Shown piece after piece: positions 50,594 to 62,200 of a stretch of 64,000 nt of DNA (positions within the stretch are counted from its first letter, which is position 1; each line of letters starts with the position of its first letter). The notes beneath the pieces were generated by a model. It was not told the DNA's origin. It did not search any database and worked only from the letters and a program-made list of their open reading frames with translations. The stretch covers positions 52,523,807-52,587,806 of the forward strand of contig NC_068984.1 in the NCBI RefSeq assembly GCF_001194135.2, in the 5' to 3' direction. This stretch comes from Octopus bimaculoides. Its lineage: Eukaryota. The position numbers and the translations under genes were made by a program.

Positions 50594-51324
50594 GAATACT
50601 AATCAAAGGGGTCCAAGGATAGATTAAAAAATTGGCTAAGAACCACTGGTGTATACTTACGGTCTGCTCGGTCAGTGCAACGTTGACGAGAAACATCGAT
50701 TTTTAGGACAACATAATCTTTTCTATTATTATTACTATTTAGTTGGATGGGGAGGCAACACACGTTCCTTTTACCTGGTACTCGAGACTTGTAGGAGGGA
50801 GAGAAGAAAGATGGGATCCTCAAATTTGAGACCTGCCCCGAATTCTCGTAACAGAGTGGGTTCTTCTATAGACATTCAAAGTACCATGTGTTGGTATTAA
50901 GCTGGACGACGAATTAAGTTTATTACCCAAGTAAGTCATGGTAGGGTTTGAAATCAGAACACAAAGAACTGGGACAAATACCGCAAAACAGCTACTCGAC
51001 ATTCTTACAGTTCCTCTTATTCACTGCTCTGAATTAGTACCTATTATCGACCGCGCAGAGATGAAAGACAAGAGGTAACCTCGGCGTACTTTAAAGTGAG
51101 AGTGTAGAGAGCCGGATACAATGTCACCGCGTTAATTTAAGTAAAGTTTCTGCATAATGTATCTCTACCAAATTAAACTTCGCTTTGTAGGGGCCTCACT
51201 GAAGACTCTGTCTTCATACAACTTGGCTTAGACTGGCAATACTTATCTCTCTTGGAACTATATCTAGAGGAGGATTTCAACTGAGCATGACAAACTAACG
51301 AAATACATGATAATTTTACAATGA

Positions 51325-51500
51325 GAAAAGTTGCAAGCTGGCAGAATCGTTTGCATGTCAGACAAAATGCTTAGTGGCATTTTTTCCGACTCATTTCGTT
51401 CTAAGTTTAAATTTAGCCAACTTTGCATTTCATGCTTCGGATTCAATAAAATAAATACCAATCAAGTACTCTCCTCAAAACACTGCTGGCCTAGTGCCAG
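51325..51500 (+). mobile_element. decayed SINE family C
   Basis: gcaagctggcagaatcgtttgcatgtcagacaaaatgcttagtggcatt...caataaaataaatacc. Confidence 0.55.
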
Positions 51501-52409
51501 AATTAGATATCAATTTTATGGCGAGAAGTTGTTCTTACATTGAAGTAGAATGAGCGATTTAGAGAGTTAAATGTGTCACTGACAAGATACGATTTCTCAG
51601 TAATCCACTCGGTTACCTATGCTTTTAAAACTAGTGAAATAAAACAAAAAAAAAAGTTTATGACTTAATAATAAATGTAATCATAAACCGATATTTTAAT
51701 GTAAGTAAACTGAATAATAATTTTAAGTCGACCTTAATGGCATAAAGCTATGAAAATAGTTTGAAAAACATAAACAACAAAAAAACGTATACGATATATC
51801 TACAATTTGTTGTGAATTAGTTAGATACAATATAGTTAATATAATTAATATAATTAATTCCTTCACTCTCACTATTAAAATATTTATGTTTAAACAGATT
51901 TTGTAAAATAGTGTTGAATAAAACTTATTTATCTCTTTACCATAAACAGACTCACTGTCTTGCCAGTCTTTCTTAGTATTTATTCAATAAACAATAGGCC
52001 AGGAATTGGTGAAAATGTATCCTAATAAAGACCTTGAAATGAGCATTTATTTACATATGTTTCTTTAGAAGTAGAAATGTAGGTGATGAAATTTTTCGTG
52101 AAATTCTATAAACAAATAATGTGTTTGAGTTTAGTTTTATGCAAGCATAACATTTGCTGCAGTATATACAACGATAACAATGACTCAGACATTTGCCATT
52201 ATCTCAGCCATTTTGAAATTAAATCTTACAAAAATGAAAAGGAAAATACCAATAACAACAAAAATGTATATGAAATGTTAATCATTCATGAACATCCTCT
52301 ACTTCTGCTTTCGGACATTCTGTAAAGTGGAAATATGTTTATTTTTATATTTTGTTGAATAGATAAAATCTTGGCAGTGAAAACCACCACCGTCTTCTTC
52401 CAGTTAATT

Positions 52410-52456
52410 CATCTCTCTCTCTCTCTCACTGAATTTCACTTCATTTTCAGGTAAGT
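52410..52456 (+). other. juxtaposed 3' and 5' splice-site consensus (candidate recursive splice site or exon end)
   Basis: Polypyrimidine tract ctctctctctctctcactgaatttcacttcattttCAG|GTAAGT, junction at 52450/52451. Confidence 0.3.
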
Positions 52457-53322
52457 TGGCACGATTACCAAGAATAAAAGAGCAGGTCCCTGGTAGATCT
52501 GCTTTTACGGAAGTCATATTGCTGGTCACATATACATAAATGCTTATTTAAAGAGAGAGAAAGAGAGATTCAAGGTGTTGGAAGAAGGTGGTTGTTCACG
52601 GCTGCTTCTACCAACTTTGAGATATCAAAAGTGTAAGCCAGTGGTTCTCAACCATTTTATGTCTATGGACCTCTTTGATTCCTATTTTACTCTACTGAAC
52701 CTCCATAGATATTCGATGTATATTAAAAAGAAATCCTACTGTATTTTTATAATTAGATATTAGGAATTCTATAAATAATTAAAATATTTTGTGTATTGTA
52801 GAAGTATAAGCAATTTATCGCATATAAATTTTAACAACAAAATGTTATATGGACGCCCAAAGGCCATATGGACCCGGTTGAGAACCACTGGTGTAAGCGA
52901 TAGGTGGATAGTTCGCTGTGCTAGAGGGATTGATGATGTTGAGATTTGGACACTATTGCATGTTCCAGAGAGAAAGAGACTTTTGAAGAGCTGCACTTCT
53001 TATAGCTCTGACGCTCATCATTTGTATAGTGTCTGTGACAATCATTCGAATCACTTTCTCTTGACGGTAACTCTCGGTACATGCAATCCTGATCCCTTGG
53101 AAATGACCCAGAGATCCACAAGACGTCTGTTTTCTAACGTAATTGTGAACAAAAGCGAAAACAAAGTTATTGCTCTTTATTTCAACAACTTCTTCAACTG
53201 CATCTAATACATCTCACCAAACTACCATCTCCTCATGAACAACACGATTAAAAGTATTACAATCCCTTGTCTCTCAATATCTATTGACCTCTCCTGACAC
53301 CCGTTAGGGCTGAGTTAAGACT

Positions 53323-54790
53323 AATTTCTTTATTTGGCACTTCCGGCCACAACACAGAGGGGGACACTACAAGGACAGACACATTACAATGTAGATATAA
53401 AACGAATGACAATGAGATATTATATAATGAAGAAATGAAATGGCTGCATGGGCCCCAGTACCATTTGAACGTTTATATTTACCATCATTCACTTTTCTAT
53501 TGTTTTTCTTAATTATCTGTTTTTTCTCTCTTTTTTTTTTCCCTTTTTTTTTAATAACACAAAACACTTACTTTTTTCTTCTTCTTTTTCTTCCTTTTTT
53601 CCCAAACAATTTTACTCTTCTTTTTTTTTTAATATCTCATAAACGGCTCCAAGTCCTTGAGTTCGATTACTGGTGGCAGCTTGTCGAACTCCACCGCTAC
53701 TCCCGGCAGGTCAATTTTGTCTCTGCACATGTCTTTTAGTTTCCTGTATGTGTCCTTATCGACCACAATGGCCTTCACATTTTCAGAGTACACATCTGTG
53801 GGTAACTTTACTCTAATAATATGCTTAAATTTTAAAATTTTTTTCTCCGTCTCCTTGTTTTTTTAATATGTCACAAAATTCCATTTGTTTTTTTCCTTTT
53901 CTTGGATTTTTTCTTTTCTTCTTCTGCTACTGGTGTCTTTCCCTCTTCAACTTCATACAATTTCTCTATTTCTCCCTCGCACAGTTGCATTCCTGAATCT
54001 TTTTCCTTCACTGGGACAACTGGCATCATTAGCACTGTTTCCTCCTTCTGCAAATCCACTTTTTTAATAATTGCCTTCTCTCTTTCTTTCTCCATCACCT
54101 CTTCGTCTGCCTTCCTTCTGGTCACAGCTTTCTTTTCCACCTCTTCTTTCTTCTTTTTCTGGTTCTCTGGTGGCGAGTTCGTTCTTCCACTTCTCCTTCG
54201 TTTCCTTTCCACCACCGTGAATCCCTCCTCCGTTGTATTTTCTTCCATATCTACTTGTACTACCTGGTTCGTGCTCTCCTGCTTTTCTGTCTGTTCTCTC
54301 TGTGGGCATCTCGCCTTCATGTAGCCTTTCTCGCCACATGCAAAACATAGGCGGTCTGCCCTCCACTTTCACTCTCAATCTTAGGTCGTCGGGCAGCACT
54401 ATCTCCTCATCGATTTCATTTAAATCTTCCATTGTTGCCTGGATAGTGAGTTCAATTCCATATCCCCAGTAATCAATATTTTGTGTTCTTGTGGCCTTCA
54501 ATATCTTGGCCTCTTCCTTCATATTGAACATTATTGCTGTCATCAGCCATGCTTCTTCTAGCTCTGGGAGTACTTTGCCTACTCGCACTCTGGCCACACG
54601 TTTGCCACAGTACGACGGCAACAGCACCCATTCCTCCGATCGTATAGCCTCCGTGGAGTTCTTAATTGCTTCTACTTCTGTTGCAAAGCGCACCTCCACG
54701 GTGGCATACTTTCTTCCTCAAGACTAACTGATGTCCTAAGCTCAGCCCAGCAATAACGCTCTCTCGACCTTTCCAGGTCTGACTGACAAA
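53323..54790 (-). mobile_element. ORF1-only retroposon, copy 2 (divergent family, 5'-truncated)
   Basis: Gag-like ORF followed by ~300 nt of U-rich 3' UTR and tail gtccccctctgtgttg...aataaagaaatt; no RT between the ORF stop and the tail. No clear TSD. Confidence 0.7.
53629..54720 (-). pseudogene. gag/ORF1-like protein, copy 2
   Basis: RKYATVEVRFATEVEA...RVARVRVGKV...YWGYGIELTIQATMEDLNEI...LRVKVEGRPP/CFACGEKGYMKARCP, a K/E-rich linker, then EKKILKFKHIIRVKLP...MRY*. Three frameshifts, two of them in A7 runs. Confidence 0.8.
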
Positions 54791-57050
54791 ACATATTTTA
54801 TGTGAAATAAGCTTAAAATTCAGTTTACTTCCAAGTCAGACCACAACAATTATATAAGCCGTTTTTTTTTTAAAACTTCATATTATTTATGAAAACTGCT
54901 AATTTCCAACACTTTATAGTTCATTTTTTTCAAACTTTTCTTATTTACCATTTGCATAATGGTAAATCCGGCACTAGAAAAATAAAACGTGCGATGCCTT
55001 CCCCTAACACCCAAACATCTGCTTATATTATTACATGTTTAATTATTAATTCAAACCTCATAAGAATATATCTGAAACAAAACGGGATTCCCTCTTTTAC
55101 GTGAGATAATACTTGACGCTTTGCTGTCCTGTGTATTTCATATGATAAGCAGAACATATTTCCTTGGCGTCCATGCATCATATATGATATACATTCCCAA
55201 TTTCCTTCAACTATCAGAGTAACTTGGGACTAATGAAAGGAAAGCTTTATATTACTGAGAACTTACTACAATACCTCGCTTCAAATCCCATAAGAAACAC
55301 TCTTCCATTCTTACCCATCCAGTACTGCGAACCTTATGTACATTCTCACAATAAATATATCTTAAGCAAAACTTTTTCATGGATCCTTAATATAATACTG
55401 TAGATCCCTAATTTACTATTTTGCTTGCGTGGACCCCACCAAAATCTTAGATGGACCCCCAGGGATTAAGAACCACTGCTGTAGAACCTCACTCTGCCGT
55501 GACTAAGATGGATTCTACTCTACCATATTTATCGCCTGTCAAACTAAGCGATCATCTTGGGGGTTAGTATCGAGGGGCGTTATGCAAATTCTGAACAACT
55601 TGAACAAAATTTCTTAATCCATCTAATTAAAGCAAAAAATTGGTAATAGTGAGAGCAGGCGAAGTCACTCTCGGAACAAAAGAGGATGGGAAGCAAAAGT
55701 AATGTGAGTGTGGGAGACGAGAGAACCGCTTGGTGTTATGACCTCGCATATTATTTGGAGCGAAACGTTTAAAATTGTGCCAACTAACAGATTTATTCGA
55801 TGACATACATAATCATAAAACTATAAATTTCTAGTAAGTAAATTATTTATAATTTTTCTACTGGATTTTTCAGCTTGTGTAAAAAGGGTGATGAGTGGAG
55901 GAAGTTGAGGAAAAAAACTGAAGGGACCACACAATTGAAAAGCTAGCATAAGGCACTAAATATTTTGGCGCCGGCTAAGATATGTAATGCCTTTTGCCAG
56001 AAATTTTAGAGCAGTTCCCTCAGTGTTGTCTTAAGCTTGGACACACTGGAGGTCCCACGGGTCTACAGGCTCAATGCTAATCTATATAGGGACGTTGCTT
56101 GGTGTCTGTAGGAAGTGCGAACGGCACAACGTGGTCCACTATATGAGGGTATGTTAAGATTAAGGAAGGCGTCAACGAAAACTTAACATACACTTGACTA
56201 CAGAAACCACATAGCAGTCAAAATCCACCCTATGCCCCCGAATGTATATATTCTGTGATTGTGTGGTATGGGGATTCCAGTGCATTGTTTTACCTGGGAC
56301 CCGGCAATGCTATTGAGACGGCCCTGAATGTCTGCATTCTGCCGTTTTGCTTGTCAATCAAAATATCTATTTAAATTAGTTTGAGAGATATATGAATGAC
56401 TGTTACACACAGGAGAACAAATTTTGTGGCTTAAACCATCATATCTACATTGTTTGAGAAGCCATAATGAAAACAATAATTACTTCTTTCTTACGTATTG
56501 TCTCTACTGAATGGTAATGAAAGGATTGCTGGAGCCACGTGCGACACTCTTTTCTTGACCCTCTTCATATTGCAGGTTAAGAAAAAGAAATTGTCCCAGT
56601 ACCTGGCTGGTGATTAACTTATTTCCCCCCTTGGAAGGAGAAAAGGTAAATTTGGCATCAAGAGTGCAGAAAGCCGGAACAAATGCTGCTTGGTATTATT
56701 CTAAACGATGCTCTAATGACTCTGCCATTTTACCGTCTTAATTAACGTTAGTTAATTACTGTTTTATTTTGGCCACCAATTAGTAAATCAAATTTCTATC
56801 ATTGGTTTTAAATAATTGGGTTGCGTCATAACATACATATACAGCCCATATTTGAGCTCATGGATGCGATACTTACACAATTACAAGGTTAATAAATGTC
56901 AGTATATCACTTTGCAATCAATCAGTGGGGTTTTATGTCATGTCTTTAATATTTCAAAGGTCATGATCGCAGTCGTTTTGATGAAACTCCTTAGAACTAA
57001 TCTTTTATAGAAAAAAAAATGAACTTATTAATATGGTGCTATAACAATAA

Positions 57051-57349
57051 CTAATTCTTTTACTGGCCACAAGGGCTTACATAAAGTTACATGAAGAGAT
57101 AAAGACAGGACAACACAAATGGGTTTTAAAGGCGTGTAAACAAAAAATAATAGAAAATTAAACAAATAAGGTTCCAATAGGGGGAGGCGTTCTTGTATTT
57201 TTCACAGGCGCATGCTCAAAATGGGTCCTTTCACACTGACCATTTTTCCGACATTCACCCACCTTTCAACAAATTTACTAGAAGGCAACATTTCCCTCTC
57301 CACTTTCACTTGCCTTTTCAAGTGAAACTTGAAAACGTTTATAATAATA
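57051..57349 (-). mobile_element. 5'-truncated L1/Tx1-type LINE 3' end
   Basis: ORF end FKFHLKRQVKVEREMLPSSKFVERWVNVGKMVSVKGPILSMRL*, a short 3' UTR, tail aagcccttgtggccagtaaaagaatt; possible TSD ataacaataa (57041-57050 and 57350-57359). The clade call rests on my recall of Tx1-type ORF2 ends. Confidence 0.6.
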
Positions 57350-59804
57350 ATAACAATAAAAATCTTTATTAATTTGCTTGGATAAACGTTTTCCATTTAA
57401 AAAACAAATTAAGTTTCTTTTTTTATTATTGTTATTTCAATTAATTCATTAATCGTTGCTATTCTCCTTAGCATTAAAGGGTAAATGAATGGAGATGACT
57501 GCCTTCCTAGTATAACCAACAAGAGGACCTAAGTGATAACTAGTATGAATTTCACTTCTAAGAGCCTGCAGCACATTTACAATTGACCTTTCATACAAAT
57601 GAATGCTTGTTAATACGGTTTATTCCTTGTAGTTGTTTTCGCTGTTGCTATGGTTTTTTTGGGTTTTTTTCTGCCTACTCAACTTCCTCTTTCTCATCGT
57701 CTCTCTCTCTCTCTCTCATCTTCTTTTGCCTCGTATTCTTTCTTATCCTTTATCACCTCTACTGCCCTTCCTCCTTCTTCACTTCCTTATTGCTACCACA
57801 GTCTTAAACTATCTTAAACTATTTCTCGAGTTTAAATATATTGCCATATATCACGTTATATTCTATTCCACGAAAGCAGTTCTTCAAAGCTGGCACACAC
57901 CCCTACTTTTTTTTTTTTTTTTTTCAAAACCACTGAATACTGACCATTGAAGATGTCGTTCCATCATGGCGTTAACTCTGGGTGGCGAAAACGAATTAGA
58001 GAACGTCGATAGTCTGCAATAACTTGTATAGAAAGGACAAATACATTTTAGTAAGGAAGTTTCTGTAACTGTCAAAATTCCACATTAGAAGCTAGAAAAA
58101 ATATCAAATAAATAAAGTAGAAATAGCTTACAGTATATTCTTAGCATGGAATAATATTGGCAGGCAGACATGACTTCTTTCTCTCTATATACAAATATGG
58201 CAGAATTGACACAAACAAGTCGAGGGTCCGGAATAATAGTTTGCTTAAATATATTGGTTAATTAAACTCTTGTTGTAAACATCGGATAATGTAAAATTCA
58301 AAAATTGACAATTAGAAATTGTAATTCTCTCATTAATCTCACCTTGTATAACGTTACTTCATTGAGCCAACGAGGGAACTTGTATACAGTCACTCGACAT
58401 GCTAGAAATAACAGCCAAATTATACCCTATTGTCTCAAAAAAAACCCCCCAGAAAAGGACACATTTGATAGTGAAGTCCAAAGTGCCTCTAAAAAGATGA
58501 GATGGTCACAACAGGACTGCATTGAACATAAGTTTGCTCAACGAAAGCAACTTCACATCATTGTAACACTCTTACAAATTTGTTACCAGTTCAAATATGC
58601 TTGGGGAACATGTTTTCACATTATACTATATAAGAGAATTATTTCAATAATTAACATGCTGGAAAATTTACAAGTCTATGGTGATTCATTTATAAAGATT
58701 ATATTTTAATATAATTTAAAAACTTCATGGTAAAAGGTTTTGTATTTTTCTACACAGGTGTGGCTGTGAGGTAAGAAGCTTGCTTCCCAACCATACGGTT
58801 CCGGGTTCAGTTCCATTGCATCTCTGACCAACCAAAACCTTGTGAGTGGATTTCGCAGATAGAAACTGAAAGACGCCTGTTGTATATGTGTGTGTGTGTG
58901 TGTATATATATATCTATATATATTCTCTAATGGACACACACACATATATATATATTCTTTTATTCTTTTGATTTATTTCAGTCATTTGACTTGAAGGGTT
59001 TTGTCAAACAAATCGACCCCATGACTTATTTCTTAAGCCCAGTACTTATTCTCTTGGTCTGTTTTGCTGAACCGCTAAGTTATAGGCACATAAACTCACC
59101 AGCACTGGTTGTCAAGTGGTGATGAGGGACAAACAAACACACACACATTGATAATACATATATCTATATACAACGAGCTTTTTTCAGTGTCCATCTACCA
59201 AACCCACTCACAAGGCTTTGATCAGCCCAAGGCTATAGTAGAAGACATTTACCCAAGGTGCTATGCAGTGGGACTGAACATAAAACCATGTGGTTGAGAA
59301 GCAAACTTTTTCTAAATCGCCACGTGTGTATGTGTATATTTGTGTGTGTGTGTGTCTCTGTTTGACCTCCACTACCGCTTGACAATCAGTGTTGGTGTTT
59401 ATGCCCCTGTAACTTAGTGGTTCAGCAACAGGCTTCAAAAAATAAAAAAAAAGAAGACTGGGGTCGATTCATTTGACTAGAAGTTCTTCAAGATGCTGCC
59501 CCAGCATGGCTGCAGTCTAATGGCTGAAACAAAAAAAAAGATACAAAGATAAAAAAAGATAAAATCTTATGCATTCTTTCCCCGAGCACTTGTCATACTT
59601 CTCGCCCTATTTAAAAATGTTAAATTTGGAACCAGAGGAAATTAGTGACCACTCCACCCTCACGTTTCTCCTCTTACAATGTGGTACCACTACCTCGTTC
59701 ACTGGTTTTCTTCCTTCCTCAGTCCTTCTTTCCCTCTACTTTTCTCATTTCCTCAGCCACAATTTTAGGCAGTGACTCCTCCACATAAATTTTCTCTAGC
59801 GTTT

Positions 59805-60285
59805 GAGAAAGAAGAAGAAGAAGGTGGAGGAGGAGGGCAACCAAAAAGGTACTGATGGTAATGAAGGTGGTGGTGAACGAGGGGGGGTGAAGAAGTGAGG
59901 GTGGTAGTGGTAATACAGTATGGAACCCTCAAGCTCTACATCCTAGACTGTTATACAACGCCCACACTATTCTCTCATTAGTTTTTTTTCCTTTTCACAA
60001 TCCTTCCTTTTACCTCTTTCATTTTTTTTGTGTAGCCTCAATTTAATGACCTAAGTTATAAGGCATCTATATACTCTCTCTTTCTCTCTCTCTCTCTTTC
60101 TCTCTCTCTCTGGGTAGACTGAAGAAGTGATGGTAGTGATGGCAATGAAGAACAATGCGATGATGGTGATAATGATGAAAGCAATGAAGAGAATGATGAT
60201 GGTGATGGAGAAGGTGATGATGATAATTATGATGATGACTACAATGTGATGAAGAAGGTGAAGAAGTGAAGGTAGTGGTGATATT
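59805..60285. repeat. degenerate (GAA/GGT/GAT)n trinucleotide and (CT)n tracts
   Basis: Read directly from the sequence. Confidence 0.7.
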
Positions 60286-60612
60286 TTTGAAACAGTGTTT
60301 TTTTTTCATTCAAAACAGCAAGCATAAAATGACTTTACTCCTCTCATAACTTGACAAATTTAATCTACAGAAGAAATTGAATCAATTGGTAAAACATTCA
60401 TAATCAGAAAAATTAGTGGAAGAATAATCGAACATTTTGGGCACTTGTCCTTGTTTGAAAAGAAAAAAAGAAAAAATTTTGTCGGCCAATGCCAGGTTTG
60501 TTAAGAAATGGAAAAACATAATGGAACTAAGAAGGGAAGTGGAGAAAAGGATGGTGTGTATAGTAGGAAATGGTGGGAGTTGAGCTATGTGAGAAGTTGT
60601 GTAACCTTAGAC

Positions 60613-60954
60613 CAGTGGTTTTCAATTGGCATCCATATGGCCCCTGAGAATTCATATAAAATTTTTATGGGGTCCACACAACAAAATTGTAAGCTGGGGA
60701 TCCACAATAATATTCTAAGAGCCCCTGAAAAAATTTTGCTTTAGATGTATGTATTGCAAGAAACACCTAAGCTTTTTTACTCTAACATTTTACATAGTTC
60801 AACCTACACAAGTTAATGTGTGATAAACAAAATAGGAAGTTTGAAAGAAGTTTCTATAAAACTAGTTTTTAAACATCGAATGGCTATGGGGGTCCACCAG
60901 AATAAAATAGTAATCAAAGAGGTCCATAGATAAAAAAATAGTTGAGAACCCCTA
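60613..60954 (+). mobile_element. intact hAT-type MITE
   Basis: cagtggttttcaa...gttgagaaccccta; 8-bp TSD ccttagac (60605-60612) / ccttagat (60955-60962). Confidence 0.8.
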
Positions 60955-61649
60955 CCTTAGATCATCCTGATTTCACAGACCTGTGATCAAAGACAACACT
61001 TTTGCTGTGACAAAACTTGCAAATACAAGGAATAATACCAAATCTTCAATGAAGATATCCTTGTCCCACATGGTTTAAATACACATCTTAACTTCTACTT
61101 GTATTGCTCTCCACACTCCCACTAACTCTGTCTAGGAAATAGCAATCAAATTCCCTCAACTCACACCATACCATCTTATGAAAATAAGGACACATTCACA
61201 AATGTAGTCCTAGATCTTTTATCTTTTACTTGTTTCAGTCATTAGACTGTAGCCATGCTGGGGCATTGCCTAGAAGAATTTTTAGTCAAATGAATTGACC
61301 TCAGTACTTATTTATTTTTAATTTTTTTTAAAACCTGGTACTTATTCAATTGATCTCTGTTGCTGAACCACTAAGTTACAAGGACATAAACACATCAACA
61401 CTGGTTGTCATTCTTGAATTATTAAAATCGATTCTCCCCTTTGTCCCCACTCTCCTTCCCTGCTTTCTACTTTTTCCTAATTTCATTTACTTCACTTTCA
61501 ATTGACTTGGTCCCATTATTAACTTCCACCCCTCCTCCATTCACTTCTTACCATATTACTTACTCACACCATCATTTTTCACTACACACACACTGTCATT
61601 TCCCCCTTCACTGTTTTCCAGTGACCAAAGCATCAAATTTTTCATTCCT

Positions 61650-62200
61650 TATCATCATCATTATCAATCATTGTTTTGCTTCCACTTTCCATGCTGGCAT
61701 GGGTTGGATGGTATGACATGGAGCTGACTAGCAAGGAACTGTCCAGACTCCAGCTGTCTGTTGAAGCATGGTTTCCACGAATGGATGCCCTTCCTAACAC
61801 CAACTACTTAACAGAGTGTGCTGGGTGTTTTTTATGTGCCACACTAGTATGGGTGCATTTATGCAGCACCAGCATGGGTGCATTTACGCAGCACCAGGAT
61901 GGATGTGTTAACACAGCACCAGCACTGGTACCTGAAAAGACAAGCCTGTATGTGTGGAAGACAGTGATTTTACTTAACTTGACATGTTGTATCAAGTACA
62001 GCAAATCACCACATCTCTTGGTCTCTTGTCATTTCCTCAGTGAGACCCAGCATCTGAAGATTCTTTCTCACCACTTTACCCCACGTCTTCCTGAGTCTAC
62101 CCTTTCCACAGGTATCCTCCACAGTTAGAGCTCAGCACTTCTTTATGCAGCTGTCCTCATCCATACTCCTTAGAGTAAATTAACTTCCTTTAATCTTTTC
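61650..62200 (-). mobile_element. 5'-truncated RTE LINE (ORF2 end and 3' UTR)
   Basis: Minus: ggtagactcaggaagacgtggggtaaagtggtgagaaagaatcttcagatgctgggtctcactgagg, matching 8195-8290; tandem gcaccagcatgggtgcattta units; (gat)n tail. Confidence 0.75.

Larger units (their letters stand above)
49575..50648 (+). mobile_element. hAT-type MITE host (left end missing) carrying two nested MITEs
   Basis: With the inserts removed it is collinear with the intact copy at 60613-60954; ends ggctaagaaccactg. Confidence 0.7.

Noticed and set aside
50653-50696. atacttac as a U1 snRNA 5' end, or a minus-strand micro first exon MFLVNVALTEQT|gtaagt
   Set aside because: No U1 sequence follows, and a 12-codon ORF with a donor and no partner exon is expected by chance.
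48049-54727. Plus-strand hydrophobic ORFs (48049-48579, 53902-54324, 54233-54727) resembling membrane proteins
   Set aside because: They are antisense shadows of the purine-rich ORF1 coding strand.
53307-54748. Inverted similarity gggctgagttaagac (53307) / gtcctaagctcagccc (54733) bracketing copy 2 like TIRs
   Set aside because: The match is short and imperfect, one arm lies inside the ORF, and the element has a LINE-type tail, so it is probably chance.
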